Source of the DNA: Bigelowiella natans CCMP2755
Taxonomy: Eukaryota; Protista; Cercozoa
DNA: 33,176 bases
Direction of reading: 5' to 3'
Assembly (NCBI GenBank): GCA_000320545.1
Contig: ADNK01000130.1
Location: forward strand, 1 to 33,176
The notes beneath the pieces were generated by a model. That model saw nothing but the letters and a program-made list of their open reading frames with translations. It was not told the origin of the DNA and did no database searches. Shown here piece after piece: positions 24,388-33,176 of this stretch. Both the position numbers and the translations under genes were made by a program. Positions within the stretch are counted from its first letter, which is position 1. Every line of letters begins with the position of its first letter.

Positions 24388-24423
<36 letters not shown>

Positions 24424-24825
24424 GATGACGTCATCAGGTTGAACCGTATAAGTTCCGAAACGATGATTCGGTTGATGAAGGTAATACTCAGTTAGGAACG
24501 ATGCAACAATCACAAGTGTAGAGACGGTCATCAAGATGAATGCAATGAAACCTTTTTCTCCGAGGAAACGAAGGAGATAGAAAGACTTGATTCTAGATAA
24601 AGATACCTGCGGTGAAAAAGCAATGTCTTTTTCATGTCCATATCTACATTAGGGTGAATTTGCGGAGCATTTTGACCGATATTTAGTTATTGATTGTCGG
24701 TATACCTACGAATACAAGGTTGTGTGTGTGCGTGTGCGCTCGAGCGAGCGAGCGAGCGATTAGATGTCAATTCATGTCATTTAAGTGATCAGGATGTGAT
24801 GAGGGATTTTTTTTTTTCGCATACA

Positions 24826-24865
<40 letters not shown>

Positions 24866-25042
24866 TACCTCTGTGTACAGTCAGTCAATAGGACGTTTCT
24901 ATTCCAACCCCTCCCCTTTCCCCTCTTTTGATCGTTGAATCTAACACCAAGCATGATTATATCCACTGCAGGGAGGGCACATTCCCGGAGCAAAGAACAT
25001 TCACCTCAGACAGGGTTTCGATGATGTGTATAAGGTGTGGAG

Positions 25043-25090
<48 letters not shown>

Positions 25091-25208
25091 AATATGCGAT
25101 GAGAGCCATGCTTGTGCATATTGTGTCTGTTAGCAGCGAGAGCGGTGCTAAATAAATGAGTAGCTCATTCTCTTTGTTTCGCCTGTTCTTCTCTCTCTCC
25201 CTCTCTCC

Positions 25209-25256
<48 letters not shown>

Positions 25257-25604
25257 CACCATCCTCCCCCCCTCCCCTACCTACCACAATCTGCTCTTCA
25301 GGAGACACGAAGGGAAGGAGGGGGAAGCATGAGGGGGGATCGTGTGGCAGTGGTGTTTCACTGTGAATACTCGAAGCACAGAGGCCCGAAAGCGTGCGAT
25401 TACTTCCGACAGCTGGACCGGTAGTAGTAGTAGTAGTAGTAGTAGTAGTAACAGCAGCAGTAAGGAGGAGGGGGAGAGGAAATTGTTTCAGAATAAAGAA
25501 TATGAGGCATTGCATGGCATCATGTCTATACGACCACTCCAAATAGCATGGCTAGTTATCTTTGCCCCTCCTCCTCCTCCTCCTACATCTTACGATTTGT
25601 ACTC

Positions 25605-25636
<32 letters not shown>

Positions 25637-26375
25637 CTTCTTCCCCGTTCTCCTTCTTCTTCTTCTTCTTCTTCTTCTTCTTCTTCTTCCCTCAGCTTAA
25701 ATAACGAATACCCAAAGCTCACGTTTCCTCAGCTCTTTGTTTTGGATGGAGGGTGAGAATGATATCGATAGTGCTTCTTAGTAACAGATGTATTTTAGGC
25801 AAACGATGAGAAATTTCCCCAGGGATCTAGACGATATCAAAACGTCTAATTCTCTGTACTCCTTCACCCCCCCCCCCCCCCCCCCCCTTAAAAAAAACTG
25901 CAGGTATCGCAACTTTTTCCGAAGGCACTGTGAAATGTGCGAGGGAAATTACATTTCTATGTGGGACGATGCTTATCAACCGGTACTAGTTTGGAGAGGC
26001 AGAGGGGCGGGGGATAGTGACGTGGTTATTCTGATCGCAATGCCCCTCCTTTCTGACATATTCTGTGCGTGGTGAGGAGGAGAAGGAGGGTGATGAGCAT
26101 GCAATGGCTCATTGCTAATGTGTGATCAATCAGCAAAAGCCTAATAACGCGTATGCGTGTTTGTGTTTATGTGTGTGGTCCCCTCTCTCTCTCAGGAATG
26201 TAAGAGACAGACGTCAGAGCATCGTAAAAGGTAGGCCGCAGACTACTAGTAGTAGTATTAGTAATGGTAGCAGTGCAATGGTAGCAAGAGAATGTGTTGA
26301 TCGGAGAGAAAGAAGAATGAGTAAAATACTTGTCACGCACGGGAAGAAAACAACCGATGACGTTCACCTTTCTTC

Positions 26376-26414
<39 letters not shown>

Positions 26415-26493
26415 CTGGTCCGAGCAAAATGGCCGCTCAAAGAGATGCAGCATTCGATCTCGCTCCCGGGCGCCTCGAAAGACGCTGAATTGA
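20473..26493 (+). CDS. CDC25: Cdc25 M-phase inducer phosphatase with long disordered N-terminal regulatory region (start uncertain)
   Basis: Phase-consistent exons give LNRISSETMIRLMKGEFAEHFDRYLVIDCRYTYEYKGGHIPGAKNI...VVFHCEYSKHRGPKACDYFRQLDRLNNEYPKLTFPQLFVLDGGYRNFF...CEGNYISM...SW...TLN*. This includes the IDCRY-EY-GGHI motif, the HCX5R active site (25359-25382) and the Cdc25-specific NEYPxLxxP motif. Upstream exons are rich in SP/TP. Confidence 0.92.
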
Positions 26494-26919
26494 TTCGTTT
26501 TTCCCCCTCGCTTTAAGAACGATAATAACTGGATGTGATAGTAGTAATATTTGGATATGGCTAGTGGCATAATCTCCGCCGCCCAAACCTCCTTTTACTC
26601 TGAAAGCATTTGTCCAACAACTCACGCCTACATTCGTTATAAAATGTGGTTGTTTTTCTGTCATTATTATATGAACATAATAGAGGGTTTTGATAGAGAA
26701 GAGGTATGTAGCATCCTCGGTGGAACAAGGTCATTTTGTGGCACGTTCCGACTGACTCGATGATTTTGCTGAGCTGCTCTTTTGCACTTAGCAATTTAAG
26801 AAGAAGTCTCTTTGACAACTCCTTTTTTGTCTGTGAGGGTGTGTATCAGTGATCGATCAATGACGTGTAAAGTTTTACTAAAGCATATTATATTACATTA
26901 TATTATATTATACTATACT

Positions 26920-28030
26920 ATGATACCAGAGGGAGGGGGTAATCTGGCGTGAACGTCCATTATCATTTTTTTTTAAGAAAAAATCTACGTCTACGCAACA
27001 CCCCTCTCCATTCTCTTTGAAGAAAAGTGATTGTGATATAGTGAAAGTGAGAGTTGCGCGCAACAGAGTTCTTTCATGAATGCATGCGTAGCCATGCGGT
27101 TTGAATAATGTTTACTCGAATAATACAAAGACATTGTCGCACACTTGATTTGTTGATTAGTGACACATACATGCCGCATCTGCTAGTCTGCAAGCAGCGG
27201 GATAGCTAGATGGGCTGCGTGCAATGCCTTTGTTCCATTTGCACACAGCGATGCCCTAACTGTTGTTGCCACAAAAAACTGCATCTAGATGTGCCAATGC
27301 TGCTCCTATGTCACATGCTAGCATGGCATCTCTGCACGTCAGCAACAACCACTAGAGCATGCAATCTAGCAATGATCATCATGGCTTGTCTAGATGCCAT
27401 GAGGCAGCACTGAAAAAAGCTTTGCTTGTTTGAATGAAATGATCTTGTGCGATTAGATGAAGCAAAATGTTGGATTCTGGACTGCTCTCTCTGTCTAGCT
27501 GTGCTGTGCCAGCTAGCCAGCCATGGCTAGCTAGCAAGCTGCACCAGTGTAGCAGTCTAGCAGTGCACAGCGTGCTAGCGTGTGCACACGCACACGCATC
27601 TAGGTGCACGTGCGCTACGTGCTGATTGACTAGTTGCAGCTGGTGCAAACGCTGTGTCAACGAGTAATTGTTATTAGTTGCCTCATTAGGAATCGAATTC
27701 CAGATTTCAAATGATTGCACAGATGTCTAGACCGATGTGCTGTGGCATGCTAGACATGACAGGCAGGTGTCTCTAGCTAGCTAGCTAGCTACATGTCACG
27801 TTCTAGCTTTGCACATCTAGACATGCTAGCATGCCCGCCTGTTCGCCGCATAAATGTTCGCACGGCAGAGCATGGCTAGATGGTGCTGCATCGCTCATTG
27901 TCATCTTTCTTATCGCGTATAGTCATGTAATAACTACGATAACGTTCGGTTGACGCGCAGCTGTACGTCATATATCTCTAGATCTAGATGTGCTCTAGCT
28001 AGCTAGCGACCATGCACTCGCAACTAGGCA
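26920..28030. repeat. Fourth and largest TGCA/CATG/CTAG-rich tract, with a sharp left boundary
   Basis: Very dense ctag/gctagc (including ctagctagctagctagct), gtgcac and catg. No ORF. It lies between the convergent Cdc25 and M6PR-like genes. Confidence 0.6.
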
Positions 28031-28195
28031 ACCACCAACAATCGTCACAGCAACTGCTACTTCCCGGATGGGAGTATAGAATCGTATCGTAGTTCTTCAA
28101 AGTTTTGAATAATCTTTATTTGTGTAGATCGTAGAAGGCCTGAATCAGGATTGATTCTTATAGCCATAGAATAGGCAGCCCGCCTCACGCAGTAG

Positions 28196-28708
28196 CTAGC
28201 TCACTTCTTGGTATTGCATGCGTTTGCACCACATCATAGCCTGGTGACACATACAACAACAACAACAACAACAACAACAACACAGCAAATCCAAACGCGA
28301 ATTAGCGGTAACAGCACTGCAACAATATCATCAACTGCTCCCCCACCCCTAATACACATAAAATCGCACTCAGAGATACTTTGATTCGGATGAGGGAATG
28401 CGCAAGCTGCTTCACTACCACAACGCACGCAGGTGTGAATATTATTACCAAGATCCGATTACATATGGACTGTGAGACGTAGCATCCATCTCGTACTAGC
28501 CCGGGTACCTCCTAAAAGAATAGTAGTAGTAGAAGTTTTTTGTTGTAGGTTGTTGTTGTAGAGGTAGCGGCTGTAGTTGCTCAAAACGATTCCAAAACGC
28601 TATAAATGTTCCTCTAGAGAGAGTGTGTGTCCTCGTACTGCAGCGTCTACTACGTGCTGGTGTGGAAAAGAACACAGCACAACTGCATCATCACTGCATC
28701 ATCATCAT

Positions 28709-28742
<34 letters not shown>

Positions 28743-29256
28743 TCCCGGCCAATGACTGCTGTTTTCCTCCTATTCCTACCTTCCAAAACGAGAGATGCGG
28801 GAAGGCGTCCATACCGGACACATGCCTCGTCCGCATGTTATAAACGCAGCCAATGCCGATGTACAACCCGATGCTCGTCAGCACCACGCACACAAACCAC
28901 CATCCGGTGGTAAGATGCTCCGCATCATCCCCAGGAATCACGCCTGTTGTTGTTGTCGTTGATGACGCACTACTGCCGCCGTACATCCCACTGCTACTGC
29001 TATCGTGTTGGTCGTTATCATCGGCCCCAGGACCTATATTTCCTCCGCTAGGATATGAGTAGCCAGGAGGTAGGCGAAAACCAGGATTCACAATCCCACT
29101 TCCGCCCCCCCCCCCCTGGACTTGAGGGGGAGGTCTGAAGGGGCCTACACTCCCTCCGCCGTAGACAGGGGGCTGCTGCTGCTGCTGCAGCGGCGACGAC
29201 GGTGCAATGGGACTGATTCCACCGTTTGTCGGGCATGCGAGATGCGTTGCTGTGAA

Positions 29257-29289
<33 letters not shown>

Positions 29290-30116
29290 AAGGGAGAAAA
29301 AGAACAAGAAGAAGAAGAAGAAGAAGAAGAAGGAGAGGGTCAGTGTCATCGTCATCGTTGTTGTCGTTTGGCGAGGAATGCTTACAAACAACACCAACTT
29401 CGATGATGACAACTAAAATCGCTTCAATAGTAGGCAAGCACTCGAGAGTGTGACGAGGATTGCATTTTCTTGTTCTGATTCGTTTCTACATGCAATGCAC
29501 TTACTCCTCTTTTTCCTTTTGCAAATCTACAGTGTCTATGTATTCGGTATCGTCGTCATCGTCATTATCATCATCATCATCATCATCATCATTATCATTA
29601 TCATTATCATTATCACCGCACGTACTTATTTGGAAGTTGTAACAGCAGCTTAATCCAGGGGCTGGGCAGTTTGGAACACTATCACTTAGCACTTGAATCT
29701 AGCGACGACAACAAGACCGAATATTGCACACCACTCATTAGAGAAGAAGAAGAAGAAGATGATGATGATGATGATGAAACTTGAAGTCAACACCACACGC
29801 ACGCACGCACACACACACACACACACACACTCCTACGTATGAATTGACAAATTTCTTTTACCGATGTGGGGCGGCTGGTGCTGCAGTTGAAGAAGAAATT
29901 CATCTGACGCCTGAAACCACTTGACCCGCACATGTCCCCTAATCGCATATGCAGTAGTAATAGTAGTGGTGGTAGTAACAGTAGTGGTAGCATACCACCA
30001 TGATCAATATTTGTTGCGGATGACTCCATTAATGATAAACTATGGCGGCGATGAGTGACAATGGAGTGGTGTAGCTCGTGTGATTTTATATGTTCCAGCT
30101 TGCTTGTAAGTGAGGA

Positions 30117-30157
<41 letters not shown>

Positions 30158-31294
30158 TTGTGGGGGGGGTCTCGGGTCGAGGGGGAAGGTGAACGACCGT
30201 TCTCCGAGGTGAGGACAATGCCTTCCGTGGGATCAGAAGGGTTTATGAAACTCCACACCGGATATGGTCTGCGAGACCTGGAGGAAGAGGATTCACAATC
30301 ATATCGTTCTTTAGAGGAACACAGAGGAATGGGGGTAAAGACGAAGAAGACACTCATAATAAGGAGAAAGGAGATCAGTGAAAGCAGGTTATAGGGTGTC
30401 ATCGGTGGTTAGGTTGTCACTTGGGAAGAAAGGGGTGTGTGTTGCTGCTACCATGACGACACGGAGGCAAGAAAGAGATACTCATTTGCTGAATTCATGT
30501 ACTGGCACACTGATCCCTCACTGAATAAACATTCAGTAAAACACTGATTCCTCACTGAATACACATATAGTAAAAATATCCACCAGCCGTAAAAAGTACT
30601 ACTGAAAGAGGAAACAATGCATCATTAACGTCGTTTACCACTGGGGAATCATTGGTTTCGATATGTCACGGCACAGCTGGAGCTGGTATACATATTTGAA
30701 CCTTGAAGAGGGGGGGTAAGGTAGTTAGAGTGATATTGGATGGTGCTAGGGATTAGCTGTTAAGGCAAGTTCTGCGGTGAGAAATCATATTATTCAAATA
30801 GCACCCCGATGGCGTTTCCGGGCCAACTGTGATGAAAACCGGCCCTTCAAGAGCCGTCAGATCATATTGCTGCAGTCAACACATAACCAGTCAGCATATT
30901 CACAGATTGACATCGAAGATAACACGCAATATTTTCATCGCAAAGCAGAAAATGGTTGAGCCCCGAACTCAATTTCCGTGTTCTTTTACGTCTTTTCAGA
31001 GACGATTCAGCGAGGAGATATCGAAAGAATATTGAGTGGATGCAGTTGGCCATTTCCCCGGCCATAGAAATAAAGAGCATAGCTCCCGCAAAGAAGGCGG
31101 GAAGGGGAACGTCACCCGAACAACCAGCAAATGACATCATCCGACTCAACACTTAGGAAAAATGAGATTTTCAAAAAAACCTGGCCTCCAATCACTGGCT
31201 GGCATGCTTGAAGAGGCATTGCGCTGGATGGTACCATCGCTAGCACTGCCAGAAGTCTGGGCAAGACGGGATAGGGAGAGGTGTAGGGGGCCAT
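28196..31294 (-). CDS. Mannose-6-phosphate receptor homology (MRH) / ATG27-like type I membrane protein
   Basis: The signal peptide exon 31294-31181 joins QYDLTAL (30869-30805). MRH-pattern segments follow: FKYVYQLQLC, PTEGIVLTSENGDMC, RRQMNFFFNC, CCYNFQITTHLAC. Then come a Pro/Gly-rich stalk, a TM helix (GWWFVCVVLTSIGLYIGIGCVYN), the ATG27/M6PR-type tail GMDAFPHLSFWKEVPGLVRDG and a C-terminal YQEV (YxxPhi) motif. Confidence 0.85.
30507..30574. repeat. 34-bp tandem duplication with internal hairpin, intronic
   Basis: acactgatccctcactgaataaacattcagtaaa followed by acactgattcctcactgaatacacatatagtaaa. Copy 1 contains actgaat-aaac-attcagt. Confidence 0.8.
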
Positions 31295-31539
31295 CTTTCC
31301 CCACGTACGTCAAGACCGCTAGGAGTGACGTGGGAGATTCTCTGGAGATTCTCCGAGATGTTGTCGTTCTCATCATCATCCTCGTCATCGGGATAATTTT
31401 CCGTCTGATACATTTCGATGGAAGAACAGAAAAACTGATCACGAAAGGAACAGCTAATTAGGTCAACAGCAACGATGATCATCCGAGAGTATGGAAAGTA
31501 TTTATCGTGAGAACATGTATATTTTTTGTTCTAATTCGC

Positions 31540-32237
31540 AAGCAAACGCCAGCATCTCCGGCCATGGGGACAGCGGGCGCCACGCCGACTACGAAGGCGG
31601 GGAGGGCGCCTACTGCTGAATCAGCGGGAGCAGTCCCCACAGCGAGCGAAAGCAGCAATTCCAGGAGCCTTACAAGGTAAGCAGATCTGCGTTATCACGT
31701 CCGCAAATTCCCATTGTGCAGATCGTCGTCGTTCATTGTTCGCAGGTGTGAGTTATTACGCATCGGGGTAGTGGTGCTGTGCTCCTTCTCCCTATTCCTC
31801 TACATTAACAAGGGGGCCGAGCAGTCAAGAGACAATCATCCCGTTGCCAATGGTCAAAGTTATTCGAAGGGCGAGGCCTTGCTAGAAGCGAACGAGCAGC
31901 CCATCGATTCGCAAGTAACAAGCAGCTGCTAGTAGCGCTGGAATCGAATAATCACGAGCACACGCTTCATATTCTTTTGGTAGGTTTCGGAGGTGGAAAG
32001 AGACGACTCGGATGATACGTGCAAAAAGCGCATAGACCGCGTTCGAAATTCGTATGTCTCTGCGTTGATGATAATTGTAATAATAACTCAAAACCGTCCT
32101 GAGCTACTTAGCACGCACCGGGCTGAGCTAATCAGATATTCGATAAATTATCAGATTCAGTCGTACATGGAATTGCCAGCATGAGGCTGCGTGTTGGACC
32201 AAATGCCCTGGGGGGAGGTTGATTTTCCTCGCAGGAG

Positions 32238-32273
<36 letters not shown>

Positions 32274-33176
32274 TTACTACACTTTAATATATATATGTAT
32301 GTATTATGTAAGCAGAAACTATGAAGAATCACATACTGATTTACTTGAACTATTACGCTCGTTGATGCAACAGATGGCTCTCCAGCGGATTTTTGGACAC
32401 GTCAGAGGTGATTACCATATAAGTATCACCACCAGCACAGCACCAACGACATACAGCATCCTACAGTTATGTGTACGCCTCTTTACTATTGCTCGCTTTC
32501 CTTCCTGCCTTTCAGATTGTGCCAATTATGAAACACCTGTTCAATTCCTCCTATCACTTCGTTTATCTCGACGTGGGGTGCAATGAAGCTGAGGAGGTGA
32601 GGGATGATAAGGACGATAATGATGATGATGATGATGATGATGATGAAAATGGTGATCCACAGCCCTTATTCTCTCTGTTATTAAGCGATCATGTCATCAC
32701 CATCATCATCCAGGCGAGGTATGTTCTGAAAGAGTTTAACCACACTACGATTGTGGCGCTGGAGATGCAACAGGACGTACGTATGAACTTAATCCAAAGG
32801 GGAAAATGCGAATGATGCGTCTCATCAAAGCATTCTGGCTAAGTGCTTCATTTCCCCGTTCCTGTTCTTCCGCCCCTCCCTCTCTCCCCCTCTAACTTTC
32901 ACACGAATAGGTATACCATAAATGCGCGAGTCTGGGCGCAAAGGACATCCGATTTCCCGACTCCCAGGTATTTGTTTAAATAGAAATGCAGCTACAATAT
33001 TATGGGAGAAGTCTCTCGGATCTATGTGTTAGTTACGTCCTTACGATGGTGATGATAACGATTCTTTTTCACTCCTCCTTGATAGATCTTCATTCCACTT
33101 CACCTTGCTGCATCGACTAAGAGTGGATCAGGACGGTATGTTTGATTGTAGTCAGTAGGAATAGAAGTGAGTAGTG
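31540..33176 (+). CDS. Hypothetical multi-exon protein, partial (continues off-window)
   Basis: A series of plus-strand AG/GT-bounded segments, including a gtaag donor at 31677, VSEVERDDSDDTCKKRIDRVRNS, ARYVLKEFNHTTIVALEMQQD, VYHKCASLGAKDIRFPDSQ and IFIPLHLAAS. Frames of the first exons are unresolved. Confidence 0.5.

Larger units (their letters stand above)
1..33176. repeat. Numerous microsatellites, (TA)n, (CA)n, (GA)n, (GAG)n, (CAT)n, (CTT)n, (GTA)n and poly-G/C, mostly intronic or encoding poly-Ser/Glu
   Basis: Directly visible, for example at 71-107, 1012-1050, 12209-12273, 23633-23672, 25046-25087 and 25421-25450. Confidence 0.95.

Noticed and set aside
23690-24660. Minus-strand 242-aa ORF and an adjacent hydrophobic open frame, as a membrane protein
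   Set aside because: Both are antisense to phase-consistent Cdc25 exons and run through microsatellites. They are shadow ORFs.
26500-26870. Short ORFs on both strands after the Cdc25 stop
   Set aside because: No motif or consistent exon chain. Likely 3' UTR or intergenic, though a gene fragment cannot be excluded.
30507-30574. Hairpin-containing 34-bp repeat as a CRISPR array
   Set aside because: Only two adjacent copies, no spacers, no cas genes, and a eukaryotic intron context.
31240-31482. Acidic minus-strand frame (MYQTENYPDDEDDDEND...) as an upstream exon of the M6PR-like gene
   Set aside because: The gene already has a good signal-peptide start at 31294, and no in-phase acceptor linking the two was found.
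1-33176. Many ORFs with poly-IY, poly-HT, poly-RE, poly-L/M/I tracts
   Set aside because: They are translations of intronic microsatellites or wrong-frame trinucleotide repeats.

Overview
This is intron-rich eukaryotic nuclear DNA with short GT-AG introns (about 40-300 nt), many of them filled with microsatellites. Most ORFs in the six-frame track are therefore exon fragments or repeat artefacts. The style (bipartite-looking leader peptides, microsatellite introns) suggests a chlorarachniophyte such as Bigelowiella, but that is inference only. Splicing exons by hand, with phases checked at most junctions, gives these genes: (1) a minus-strand protein with a signal plus transit-like leader, CCHC zinc knuckle, R3H domain and several ankyrin repeats, running off the left edge; (2) a weak plus-strand hypothetical gene; (3) a Zn(II)2Cys6 zinc-cluster protein; (4) a GT8-like glycosyltransferase head-to-head with (5) a signal-peptide-bearing TylF/MycF-type O-methyltransferase that lacks its central part; (6) a WWE + SAP domain protein that may splice into (7) a long unknown minus-strand region; (8) a full-length Cdc25 phosphatase head-to-head with the WWE-SAP gene; (9) an M6P-receptor/ATG27-like type I membrane protein; (10) a partial plus-strand hypothetical gene. 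Divergent gene pairs share short spacers (about 200-380 bp). All three convergent junctions instead hold long tracts rich in TGCA/CATG/CTAG that look like scars of methylcytosine deamination. No rRNA, tRNA, CRISPR array or recognisable transposase or reverse transcriptase was found.
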